Of a stretch of DNA of 64,000 nt, positions 45,901-58,693 are shown piece by piece. Made by a program: the position numbers and the translations under genes. The notes under the pieces are model-generated. The model saw nothing but the letters and a program-made list of their open reading frames with translations, did no database searches and was not told where the DNA came from. This stretch comes from Mantamonas sphyraenae STR306 (taxonomy: Eukaryota > Protista > CRuMs), in assembly GCA_026936335.1 (NCBI GenBank), contig JAPMXV010000019.1:1-64000 (forward strand), read 5' to 3'. Each line of letters opens with the position of its first letter. Within the stretch, counting starts at the first letter, position 1.

Positions 45901-47967
45901 GAACAGCAGTGGTACGCATGCACACAGGCTGTCCAGCCCCTCGCCACCACACAAATCCTTCATGGTCTCATCACAGACGGTCTCCCCACTGCCACGCTTC
46001 ACACTGCCCATCACCTCGCTCTCCAGTGTTTTCAGAACGGCTCCGAAGCCTTTGCACACACAGCGACCCTTGATGACTGCCTCGACCTCGATCCCACCCT
46101 CCTCGCCGCCTCCAGGATACCTGCTCCCGTCCTCCTTGTCGGCTGCGAGGAACCCTCACTTGGCGTCGACCTTCCCCTTCAGGACGTTCCCCATTGGCAA
46201 CACACAGAACTCCAACCCTACCATGCTCCGAAAGACGTCAAGTATATCGTCCTCGACCCTGTGCACCGAAAGTCTGTCACTCGCTTCTTCACCGACCTCG
46301 ACTGTGTCTACCAAGCCTGCAAACTAGGTGCCCATTCGCCAGAGACGGGTCTCGACACACAGCCGTGGGATCCTCGTCGCATGTTTTACCGCGAAGCCCT
46401 TGCCGCGCGTTTGGCCGCGGCGGAGCGAGACGCCTCCGCCTCCTCCTCGTCCGCCTCCGACTCGGTGTCTGCCTACGCCCTGCTGGCTGAAGTGCACGCC
46501 GACGTGCGACGCCTTCGTGACCGCCTGCAGCGCATCTCACCTCCCATCACCGCCAACGAGTGTTTCGTCATCTACGCCGTCTGTCCCTTTACACGCACCC
46601 AGCACGTCTGGCACTACGTACGCCTCCTTGCAGATCTCTACTGCAGCGACTCCCACGGCAATTGGCTGCCTGTCACCGTGCAAATTGTACCCATGGAGAA
46701 CATTCTCTGTGGTGGCCCCAACGGCTCCACCCTCGACTACCTTCGACAGCTTGCCTTTGCCGTCTACGACAAGTGCCACCCGTGCCAAACCGCCCTTGCG
46801 GACACAGATCTGCCTCGTGTCGGATCCACCCTTCATCTTCCTGTCCACGAACCCTGGTATGTCCTCGCCAATCCTCTCGGCAACGACGACAGCGACACCG
46901 CGAACAACGCGGACGACACCACACCCACAGATTGGCTCGTGTGCGCCTACAAGATATGCGATCGTGGCACGTGGGCTTCCGTCAGCTGGAACAATGCCTC
47001 CGGTGTCCTCATGCACAATCGCATCATTGTCGCTCAGACCACAAAGGCAACGCGCAGCCGCAGCAGCCCTTCGACAACCACCGTCACCACGGGCAACGAA
47101 AACGACGGCAACGGGCGTCACGCAGACGACAATGACGATGAAGACGACGACGATATCCAACTGGGATCCTCGCGTGGCGCGAAGCGATCGTCCTCACGCA
47201 TGGAAATCGACGACGACGACGACGACGACCGTGCGAACGAATCCACCTCAGAAGACGACAAAATCGTGCTGCTGCAGCGCATCTGGTCCATGACACAGAT
47301 GCTCGTGGAATCGTGTGCCACAGATGTCGCCTGGCACGTGAGCATTGGTCGCACCGACGGCGAGCCCGACCCTGCCGAGTTGCTTCTCTGGGAATCCGTC
47401 CTTTCATCCACCCAATCGTCACGCAACACATCTGCATCCCAACACACGGATTCCATGGACGATCCCATGGAGGCAGAGTCCCCTCACAGCTCCTCATCTC
47501 GTCCTCACAGCTCCATTCACTCGGTCGCCTTTCACTCCCTGCACCGCCAACCCACTCAACGGTGGCTCCTCTGCACCCTCGATGACGATGCACGTGTCCT
47601 CGAGTGTGACGCCATGGCAGGCACCTCTGCTTCCTGGTGCTTTGCCGTGACACCTCAGACCCGGGAGCTTGCTCGTTGTGTGCTCCTCACACCCTCTCCT
47701 TCCGCCTCCTCTACCTCCCTATGGCCTCTCTGTTCGTCATTGGGTCTGTGGCTGCACTGGAATCGTCATGGCGACACTCTGACTGCGATCGACAACCCCG
47801 AAGCATCCTCCACACACCTTCAGCGCCTCGCACGTGTTCTTCACGCCCATTGCTGGCTCAACCTCGATCTCACACGTGCCACACCATGGAACGACCTCCC
47901 TGGTCCCATGGTTGCCGCGTCCATGATGCATGATAGCCTTGTGGCCATGCTGGGCGTCCACACGTGA
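42965..47967 (+). CDS. MED13: Mediator kinase-module subunit MED13 (divergent); start uncertain
   Basis: W..TELQPYHAPKDVKYIVL, FFTDLDCVYQACKLGAH.P, WHVSIGR, AHCWLNLD..LP. Intron 43597-43709. Confidence 0.8.
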
Positions 47968-48081
47968 ATGAACCCAAACAAAAATCGTCGACAGCTCTCC
48001 CTTCCTCCTGCGCAATTTTCCTTCTTCTTCCAAGCACCTCCGCCATCCCTCTCCTCCCATCTCTGTCTCTGCCTCCACACA

Positions 48082-51000
48082 ATGCTAAAGGTGAAATTTG
48101 CAGAGCCAGCGGAGGAGAAAAGTGCTCAACGTCGCAGCACACGTCTCGCGATTCATCAGAGGTCGGCTCGTACGTCTCGGAGGAGCACGACTCGGCAGCA
48201 GCCCCCTATGAACTTATTCCTTTCCCCAAGCTCACCTCCGCCAAGTCGAGGTTTGCCACTGAGTCGCTCACCCAGCCCTTGGGAGAGCCCGTTTCCAACG
48301 AAAACACACCGATGGTTTCGTTGCGCTCATCGCCGTTGCCTGCCGACGACGACGACGACGACGACGATGACGACGACGACCTCGACGACGGTCCATCCAA
48401 TCGCCCGGGTGTCCTTGAACATGCAGGCAGCAGCTTCCTCGACCAAGACTCCTCCATCATGGACGACGGCGACACAGAGGCAGCAATTCAGGACACCGAA
48501 ACGCTCCAGACCGGTGCCACCCGAAACCGTTCGCTTAGCGGCCTACCGACCTACGCTTCTGATCACCCCAATGCCATCGCACAACGACGCAACGATAGCC
48601 GAGAAGAGTCCCATCTTCGCGCACGATTTGGTCTCTTCCTCAAACGTGTACGTTTACCGCTCGTGTTGCAGTGTGTGTCCGGACCCGTCGCTCCGTTTTT
48701 GGGCAGCCGATGTTCCACACCGCCGCTACACACTCCCACCACCGATACACGTCCTCCACGCACCTCATGCATGCAATGTGATGACCGCCTCCTTGAACCC
48801 ACCCCCATGGGTGTCCTCCACCGCCTCCTTCCGGCGTTGTGGCCACAGAGAAACTCACAAACACACAACGGCGGCTACAAATGTCCCCTCCCCGTCTTTC
48901 CCCCAACTCACGCCTGTGTGCTCACCACGTACGGGATCATCCCTGCGGTGCAATGTGACCAATGCCTTCTCTGCCCACAGGAGTTTGCCTTGATGCCGCG
49001 ACACTTCAACCAGCCCTACGAGGAGCTGTTCCAAAGCGAATACTACAGCCGCACCTCGGCCCGCTGGAACCGAAACGTCCTCTCCGTGCTCCTGCTCATG
49101 GGCATCGTGTCTGCATCTGTCATCCCCGCCGTTTTACCTGACCTGTCCATCCCCAGCTTCCTGTGGGCCTACAATGTCTCCTTGGCCCTGCTCCTCCTGG
49201 CGCCCGTCGCCCTCCCGGGCCTCCGCAACCATCCCTCCTTCCACCGGGTCCGTTCAACCATTGTCATCTTTGTTACCTTTGTGCTGGCCACCCTCGTCGA
49301 CTTTGTCACCAGTCCCGCACCCATACCCTGGACCTCGGCCGGCTTCCTCCAGGCTGCCCTTGTTATCATCTTCACCATGCTGCGCACATCCTCACGCACC
49401 GTTGTGGTCATTGGCACGGTCGTCTCCATCGTCCACTTTTGTGCCGCCGCTGCCACCCTTGTGGCAAGTGGCACAGACCTCGAGGCTGTCCACTTCTGGT
49501 TCCAGCTTGGTTACCACGCCCTCCTGCTTGCCGTTCTCACCGTCATTTGCACTCACCAGGAGAAACGCATCCGAGCGCAGTGGAGCCACGTCATCCAAAT
49601 TGTAAAGGCACGTGAACGCAGGCAGCGCGAGGAGGTTCGCACACGCGAGCTCCTCGTCAACATCCTCCCGGCCTCCATTGTGCAGAAAATGGACCACCCG
49701 TCCCTCGGACGCAGCGCAAGTGTGATTGGCATGTCAATCCAACAGCAGAAACAGCAGAAGAAGCAACAAAAGGGGCAGCAAGGCGAAGGCGACAGGTCAA
49801 CACCCCAACCCCAACTCAGGCACTCCATCGTCACGCCAGCCACACCAAACACGCCCACGGATGCAGAGATCCTTGGCGATGTGCTCGCTTCCGTGTCGCC
49901 CGTCAACTCGTTTCACGAGGCACACGTTGTCAGTGTGCTCTTTGCAGACATTGTGGGCTTCACACGCATGAGTTCCGAGATGCGTGCCGTCGACGTGGTC
50001 CGCCTCCTTGCACAGCTCTTTGACGTCATGGACAGCTTGGCAGAGAAGCACAATGTGGAAAAGGTGAAAACCATTGGCGACTGCTACATGGCCACTGTGG
50101 GCATTCCAGTCGCCTGTGATCGTCCCACAGTGCCCATAGCCGAGTTTGCCCTGGATCTACTCCAGGCTGTGACAACACCCAACAGCGTGTTTGCCGACAG
50201 TGGACTCGGCATCCGCATCGGCATTGCAACCGGCCCTGTATATGGCGCTGTGATTGGCAATCGACGCATCTCGTTTGAACTCTTTGGTGACACAGTCGCC
50301 ATTGCTGCCCACATGGAGAGTGGCGGCGACACAAACCGCATCAACGTGTGTGCCACAACCTATCTGGACCTTGTTGACGAGTACGACTTTGAAGTGCGTG
50401 TGATGCGTCAGGAGGAAACATATACGAAACACAACCTCCACGCGCCCGAAGAGACCGTCAAGGCACACTTCCTACAAGGTCGCAAGCTAGCACGTGTGCT
50501 GGCCAATATCCGAGCACAGAACATGAACGAGGAGCGCAAACAATCGCCCTTGCGGCCGTCCACAAGCATCGGCACACTGTCACGCATGGCGGCACGCAAC
50601 AAGGCACGACCGTATTCCACCGCCCAGGTGCAGACGTTTGAGGCCCACATCGACGTCAGCGAGTCGGACGGAGACAGCCTGCGTGCAGAGTCGCCTTCCA
50701 CAGTGGTGCGTGTGTTGGGTTCATCCAAGGTGCTGCCCCTGTCGCATTCCCAGCAGAACAGTACGCAGCACAATAACGTGTTTTCCAACAGGCACCATGG
50801 CATCAGCAAGGCGGTGCTCGCTGTCATCAAGCCCCACTCCTCGTACTGGACGCACCTGGAAGAGTTGTACGCCGAAGTGTCACGGCGGTACACAGGTCGC
50901 TTCGCAGACACCATCCAGGAGGAGGACTACTTGACGCACATCATGCAAGAAAACCGCAAGATGGTCAACGTGCTCAAGAGGCGTCTTCTTGCCGTGTTTC

Positions 51001-52945
51001 TTTTTCAGGTCCTGCAGACGGTGGCCGGTGTGGTTATTCTCGCGGACGACCCGACCTGGTTCTGGTGGATGATGGTTGTGTTTCGCAGCGTGCTCGTTCT
51101 CTCCGTCCTTGCTCAGTGGCACTACATGAACTACCTGTACAGGAACAAACAGCGTGTGGATCCCGCGTTCTACGTGGTCACCAGCACCATCCTGGCCAGC
51201 TTCAGTCTCATGGCCGAGCTTCACGACTTTTACCACTATGCACGCCTGGGACACACCTACATGCTCACGGGCTCCATGATCATGTACTTCCTCCTGGTGA
51301 GCATTTCCATCTCTCCATCATGCAAATTGCCATCTCCACCCTCCTCATGTGTGGTGGCTTCATGGCCGTCATGCTGGACCCCCAAGGCCCACAGTCGACT
51401 GTCTACCACACCAGTCTCACGTTTGTACTCATTGTCTACTCCGCCACGGGTCTGCTCACCTCGTACATCAACGACCGCGCCTTGCGCATCAACTTTTTCA
51501 CCATGCAGCGTGTGCTCACGGAGCTCATGCGTGTGGAACAGCAGGATAGACGCAGTATTGCGGTGCTGGAGAACGTGCTGCCGCGACAGGTGGTGGCCAG
51601 GCTGCTGAAATCGCGCCGCAAGCGCATTGCACACCGCATCAAGAGTGTGGGTGTGCTTTTTGTCGACGTCAGCGGCCTGGTGCCCGCCGTGGAGGCCACC
51701 AATCCCAATCTGCAGATGGCTGTGCTTGCCATCAACCGCATTGTGTGTGCATTCGATGATATTGCAGAGAAACTCAAGCTGACCAAGATCAAGATTTTCC
51801 AGAGCGAGTACATGCTTGTGGCTGACCCAAAGAGAGTGGGCGGCCAGGACAAATGTGTGCCCCTCATGCTCGAGGCAGCCATGCTCATGCGAGATTACAT
51901 CGAGACCGAGTTTGGCAAGTTGGAAGAACAGCAGTATGCCCGCACGCACGGTGTCAAGGTGGGTGTCAGCGCAGGGCTCAACGTGGGCCGCGTGGTAGGC
52001 GGTGTCATTGGCCGCACACGCTTCTTGTACGACGTGTGGGGCAACACTGTGAATGTGGCTGCTCGCATGTGCCAGAATGCACCCCTTGGCTGCATTCAAA
52101 TCCCAGAGGCGCTCAAAGATGCCGTGGGCGAGCAGTTTGTGTGTTCGTACCGTGGCAAGACGCGCATCAAGGGCAAAGGCGAGATGGGACTGTGTGCGGT
52201 GGAGCGTGTCAACGGACGCGACGGACGCCGGTTCACCATGCTCAACGGGAAGCAGTCCGAGGAACGATGGCCCAAGGCATCCATGTCCATGGAACGGACG
52301 CTGTCTACAGACACAGACCTGTCCGGGGTGTATCACGCGGCACGTGGTGCCGTCTTTAACCCGTCGATTCCCAAATCTTCCGCGTCAAAACGACACAGCA
52401 GCCCGCATTTGACGCAGCTGGCCTTGCTTCCTGGGGCAGAGGCGCTTCAGAAAGTATTGCTTCGTCGCAGCGATGATGATGACTCGGACGACAGCAGCAG
52501 CGACAGCGATAGCAGCGGCGGCCATCCGCGGGACCTCACCGGTGACGGCGATGACAGAATAAGCATTGGCAGTGGACACACGGGCTCCAGCAATAGTGGC
52601 AGCAAGGTGTCACGATCGTCCCGTGACGTGGAACGGCGACTGCGTCGGACGGGCAGGCAGACACGCTCGTACCACACGCCACCACGCAAGCCACGCTCTC
52701 GATCCGGAAGTACCACCAGCATTGACAGCAACAACAGCGTGGATCGCTGGGCGGCTGCAGCAAGTGCCACAGATGTACCGGTCTCCCTCAAGCCACTGCG
52801 ATCCGTGCTCAGCAAGGACTCTTCGGGGTCTCCCACAGCCCCATCACCAACTCACGCTGGACGCATGCGACGCAAGAATCAGCGTCGTCCCAGCAACCTC
52901 GCTGCACATACACTGCACGACCTGGTGGAGGAAGAGGATTTCTGA
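48082..52945 (+). CDS. Class III nucleotidyl (adenylyl) cyclase, TM-C1-TM-C2 pseudo-heterodimer
   Basis: C1: LFADIVGFT, KVKTIGDCYM. C2: KIK, YDVWGNTVNVAARM. In-frame intron 48648-48980. Frame breaks near 48118-48121 and 51304-51306. Confidence 0.88.
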
Positions 52946-52984
52946 ATGAATTGAAATGATTTGTCCCTGTCCCCTCCATCGTCA

Positions 52985-53914
52985 TCACTTGCGCCCCGCT
53001 TTGCTCAGCAAATGGATCAGTTCGGTGCCCACATATGGCAGCTCGAGGCCAAACTTTGAAGCGAGGCTGGGTGGCACAAAGCGGCCGCCAAGGTAGTGGA
53101 TGCCCTCGTACTTGAGCATGCAAGGCTTGGGTGCACCCAGAGACACAACCATGTCTGCAGTGACACCAAGGTTGTGCACGGGTCCTTCCTGCACATCCCA
53201 TCCCGATGGCACGTCCACAGAGACCACCGGTTTGTCCGTGACTGCCAGCTGGAGGAGCACCTGGTCAAAAGGCGCCCGCACACCCTTGCCACCCTTGAAA
53301 CTGTACCCAAAGATGGCATCCACGATCAAATCCGACACTCGATCGTTTCTCCAAGAGAATCCACGTCGATAAGCTCCACTCCACAGCGCTGGGCCCCTTT
53401 CAGCAACGACTCGGCCAGATCTCCCTTTTTCACCTTGGGGGCACACAGTGTCGGGTGTAGCCCATCATCAGAAGCTGCCGGGCAGCGATGAATCCATCAC
53501 ATCCATTGTCTGTATTGGAATAGCCGTGCAGTTCAGGGATTCCGAGCATGGGTCAGTGGAATTCCCCGGGCTTTGCCGTCCCCGAAGCCCCCAACCCCCG
53601 TTTCTCCGGAGCCGGGAAAAAGCCATGAAGCTTTGACGGTGGGGACCAAGTCACTCTCATGAAAGGGGAAACGTACTGCCAGGGCCAGATATGACCAACA
53701 CACGGTCGTATGCCACGCTGAGCTCGCTCTTCTCCACGAGAAGGCCCGAGTGCGGGAACTGAGCTGCGATGGCCAGTGCCACCGCCTGACCTGCCATCTC
53801 CATCAGTTGATAGTCGTCAAAGGCATAGCCTTCGTCGCTCTCTTTGTCCAGCAGATACTTGTCCAGCTCAGCCGACTGTTCTGCATCCAAGGTGGAGAAG
53901 GAGGAGGTGGACAT
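52985..53914 (-). CDS. NAXE: NAD(P)HX epimerase (YjeF_N / NAXE)
   Basis: QLMEMAG, GPG|NNGCDG across intron 53676-53510, IVDAIFGYSFKG, VSVDVPSGWDV, HYLGGRFVP. Needs two -1 corrections, near 53454 and 53347. Confidence 0.88.
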
Positions 53915-53976
53915 TTTCAGAAAAGAGTTTCACTGCTTCCTCCAGCGCTTCACGCCCACACATCTCACTCACCACA

Positions 53977-56545
53977 TCACCACAGGCGCTGCTTTGCATA
54001 TGTGCTCACATCGATGGTGGCATTGGAGCAGGCTTTGATCTCGTAGTACTGGACCTTGCCAGGGACTTCCCCAGCGGCCGGGTAGGATGGGCCGCAGACG
54101 AGATCGTCAAAGACCTTGGAGCAGTAGGGACGTGCAGAGAAGGATGATTCATCCTTTTTGCCATTGACAAGGGCAGAGCGCACACGCACCTTTTGTAGGC
54201 CGTTGGCGCATGTCCATAGCTCGTTGCGCAGTTCGCCTGCACTGGCCTTGGGGAAGCCCTCCTCGCAGCAGCATTGGTCGACAAAGACACGCCAGCCATT
54301 GTACTTGGCAAACTCGTGGTTTCGCATGTACGTCTGCGTGTCGTTGATCTGCTGCACGGTGGCCGGCACCAGGCTGCTGTTGACGCTGCCATACACAATA
54401 CCCAGCAGTGCAAAGCCCAGCGCCGTGAAGGAGAGCACACCCATGATGAGAAAGAACTTGATCATATCCCGCAGCACATACTCGTTGAGTTTGCGGTCCA
54501 CCGCGCGGCGCACGACAATGCGATCGTCCTCGGTCAGCTCGTCCATGGCGTCCAGACGCACAATGAGTTCGATCTGTTCCATTTCCAGGCCCTTGGGCAG
54601 TTGGATATCCGATTCGTCCTGTGGGTAGCCCTCCTGTTCGATGATGTGCACCACCCTGTTCTCACGCTCCCTGGCACGGCGCAGGTGCACGAGCCCGCCA
54701 AAGATGGCGCCCAGGATGGGCAAGCCCACATTGGTGAGTGCCAGCCCCAGGGCGTGGTCGTTGTTCAGTGACAAGCCCATGGCCAACGCCAACCCAAAGA
54801 GGGCGTTGCACATGTTGCCCCAGTTGGTTGCCGTGGCCACAAAGTCCAGCACGTCCGAGATGTACGGGCGACTGTACATGGAAAGACCCGTAAACAGACC
54901 GTGGATGATGCTCATGCACAGCAACGCCGCGTATGGCTGAGCGTTCAGGTACACAGCCACACACACGAGAATCAGACGCTGCACCATCAGGATGAGCTTG
55001 TAGTATCGCCAACCATACTCATACTGGCCATACAACGAACGCGCCGAGTTTTCCGTCAACGATTGGCGCTCGTCCCACTTTTCTGCGTCTGTGACGCCGT
55101 CTGCGGGCATCTCGTTCAGGAACTTTTCGCTCATGTTGGTCAGTTTGTGCCACAGGAGGGGCATGCCTACACTGAAGCAAAAGAAGATGAGGAGGCCCGC
55201 GGGCACGTAAAACGGGAGGATCTCGCGGTTGCATGAGAGAGAGGAGTCGGCGACGAGGCGCAGGTCAGTAATCTGCGGACACAGCTGGTTGGTGATGATG
55301 CACTTGTCGAGAAAGGCACAGGGTTCGCAAAAGTTCTTGGAAAGGGAGAAGCTGGTGATGTCGCGGCTCTGTGCGGCAGCGCTGCTCTTGTCGACAAAGC
55401 GGGAGCCCGCGGGGCAAGTGCGTTCGACACACACCGACGCACTCAGCACGGTTTTGGTGATGGGGATGTACAGAAAGGTGAGCACGAGCATCATGAGCTC
55501 GACAAAGTTGCTCTTGGCAAAGGTGGACACGCGTTTGAGCACACGACGCCCCGACGCAAAGGGCAGGAAACACCAGCGCAACAGCAGCAGCACGCCGATG
55601 GCCAGACACATGCGCCCCAAACCCAGGATGGCGGAATCCAGAGTCGATTGGGATGCGGTTTCATCCCCCCGCAGTGCCTCTGGAATGAGGGCGTCAAACA
55701 AGCCCGAGGCGAGGTAGCCCACAAAGAGGAGACCCAGCGCAACAAACAGATCGCGCGCAAGTACGCCGGCACCTGCACACAGACGCAAACAACGGTGGTG
55801 TACGGTTGCACACGGAGCATGTGCACACAGTGGGGTCGCGAAAGGGTCAGCGATTGGCCAGGGTCACCTGCGGGAGGGGCGACAAGCTGGGTGTAGAAAA
55901 AACGGCCAGCGCGAAAAGTACCGGTCGAACCGAGCTTGGAAAAAACTGGAGCGGCCACACGTGCGGCAAGGAAAGGCACAGGAGACAAAACACAGCAAGG
56001 AACTGACTCTTTTTGGATTCGAGGTTCTCGCGTTGGCGCATCTCGACGTGCACACTCTTCTTCTTCTGCTCACGAGCGGCCGCCTGGATCTTGGAGTGGA
56101 GCCGTCGGAGTTGGAAGCGCTGCCACCAGGTGGAGGAGGTGGCAGAGATGATGACGATGGCGAGGAGGATGGCGCCGACGACAAAGAAGCCCGTGGTGTA
56201 GTTTGTGTTTGTGAGGTCGCTGGTGGGCAGGAGGATGATGACAACGCCCGAGGTGAGGGAAAACATGGAGGCGAGGAGCATGAAGTACCACAGGACCACA
56301 AAGGCATTCTTGAAGAACATGAGCATGGCAAAGGTACACATGAGGGGCACGACACACGTGAGCACCAGGAAGTTGGCACGAAAGTCGAGGCCCGTGACGC
56401 TGGTGTCCACCAACACGGCAGGCGTCCACTGCACCACAAACTGCTTCCAAAGCGAGGGCCAGGGCACATCCAATGTGTTGACCAGCGCCAAATACTGCAC
56501 CCACGTCACAAAGATTTCCAGGAGATTGACTCCAGGAAGGGACAT
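53977..56545 (-). CDS. Multi-pass membrane protein with TRP-like/7TM-type protist module and Cys-rich loops
   Basis: QYLALV..LDVPWP, LRLVADSSLSC, SLYGQYE..WRYYKLI..RPY. Intron 56007-55773 is phase-consistent. Confidence 0.72.
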
Positions 56546-56613
56546 GGCCGTGGGGTGAAGTGTCGGGTTGCCTCGTCCGGCGCAGTGCTGCGCAGCCAAA
56601 AACTCCACCACCC

Positions 56614-57750
56614 ATGCGGTTCCGGGCCAAGCTGTTCAACGCAGACCTGCTGCACAAGGTCATCCAGGCGTGCAGTAAGATCAGCAAGGAATGCGTGGTC
56701 CACCTGACCCCCTCGAGCGTGCAACTGGCTGCGCCGAGCACCGACTTGGCTGTGTACGCCAGCATTGACATCGTACGTGGAAGTGACTGCTCCCAGAGGG
56801 GTGGCGGTGAGGCTATAGAGTTGTTTTTACACGAGGGTGGCAGCTGTGTGGGGATACCGTGGAACTAGGGCGACCGCTGCGTTTGCTTGAAAGCCGGTCC
56901 TGATCACCAGCAAGTTCCTGACACGGTGCTTCCTCTGCTCCCACCGCCATTCCCTCTCTCCGTCTCCCACCCCACGCCTCACCCGTCCAAAACAAATTCA
57001 CGAAACACGCACAGGAATCATTATTCAACTCGTTCCGATGCGAAAGTATGAACGACAACAAGATCAGCTTTGAGCTGAGTCTGGACCACTTGGAAAACGC
57101 CATCAAGTCTGCCTTGATGGCCTCCGAGACGACACTGAAGCTGGCCAAGAAGGACGGAGAGCCATTCTTGAGTGTAGACGTGGTGACAGAACATGTGGGT
57201 GGTGGCATGGAGCAGCGGGGCGTTGTAGGCTCCTGTGACGATGAAGCTGACACCAACGGGCGTCCCATCTCAGCCATACAACTTTAACATCACACAGGAC
57301 GTGCCCATTCGTGTGCTGCGCGCAACCGAGATTCCACAGTACCTGGAGCCCGAAATGGACGCAGGAGAGGTGATGCTGATGATGCCCAACCTGCGCACGG
57401 TGCAAACAGTATCGGACAAGATGACACGAGTGTCGGACAAGATGCGTGTGCGTGTTTCGATGGAAGGGAAGCTGACGTTGGGCGTGGAGACGGAACAGGT
57501 GCTGATCCAGACGCACTTTTCCAGTCTGGCGCTGCCTGACGTGAACGGCAAGCCACTGGAGTATTCAGACGCAGAGGCGTCGTGTCGGATCAGCGGCAAG
57601 AAGATGGCCAAGTTCATGGGCTGTCTCACTGTGGTTCCTCAGGATGTGATTGTGTCGCTGAGCGAGGACGGTCCGCTGGTGTTCAACGTGTTTGCCAACG
57701 ATACCCACGTGCGCATGAACTACACCGTGGCTGTGTCTGTGGATGTGTAG
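56614..57750 (+). CDS. HUS1: HUS1 (9-1-1 checkpoint clamp subunit)
   Basis: MRFRAK, F..FRCES..NKISFEL, LKLAKK..PFLS, ITQDVPIRV..EP. Introns 56773-57014 and 57195-57273. Confidence 0.9.
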
Positions 57751-57784
57751 GGAGTGTTTATAGCAATGGACGTTTTTCGTCCAC

Positions 57785-58596
57785 CTACTCGTCCTTTCCC
57801 GTGGCCGCGCGGAGGTTCTGCGGATGGGAGTCCATGCGACCCAGCTTCTGCAGGTCACGCAGCATGGTGACGGCGGGCAGCTTCATGTTGGCCAGGGAGC
57901 GCATGGCGTTTTGGAGGGCCTTCTTGGCGTCGTAGGGGTTGTTGAGCAGGTCGGCGAAGGAGAAGCTCTTGGCCTTCTCTTCACTAGGTCCTTGGCAGTT
58001 GATCTTGCCACACTCGCTGTAGCAGCCGGCCTATGTGTGGTGCCAGAGGATGCATGTGGGAGCGCAGCGGGTGTCAGTGGGGTGAGTGGGGTGGGAAAGA
58101 GCACTGCCAAGGAGCAGGCGCGCAGTCGGGGTGTGTGCGGAAGGGGGCTTTTTTCCCAACGCACCTCCTGGGCACCCTGCATGGTGCGTGTGCACTCGCT
58201 CATGCACGTTTGCTTCTTGGCACACTCTGCAGACTCGTACCACGCCTCCTGCTTGTTTTCTGCGAGGCCGAGCACCTACGGAAGCGACACGTGCGCAGTG
58301 TGGAGAGTCAGCAGAGGGAATCAGCTTGGCACAAAATCGTGACGGGCGAAAGGAAGCGCAACGGAGCTACAGACGACTTGAAGCGCAGTGCAGCGAGAGG
58401 CAACAGGGAAGGATGGGCGTGCCACTTGGTGTGCTACACTCGACATTGTGACGTACCTGCTGCATGGCCAGTCCCATGGCCTGAGCGGCGCTGCCTCCAG
58501 CTTGGCTTGCCACGTTGTCCTCTTCCTCCTCTGCACACAAACACACAGTGCAGACAGGAGCAAGACACCCAACACAAAGACGGACACTACGCGCAT
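57785..58596 (-). CDS. Small secreted Cys-containing hypothetical protein
   Basis: Signal peptide MRVVSVFVLGVLLLSAL; -1 break near 58540; introns 58456-58276 and 58164-58031; CxxxC motifs. Confidence 0.6.
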
Positions 58597-58693
58597 GTGG
58601 GCTGCAGTGGGAGTTTGGGTGTGGTTGGTTTGTGTGGAGACACGTGCGCATCGAACGAAAAAGGCTCATTCACATCCATTCTCTCTGCTCTGC

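Noticed and set aside
52985-53914. NAXE as a pseudogene
   Set aside because: All motifs are retained, and both breaks are of the same run-shortening type seen in other genes.
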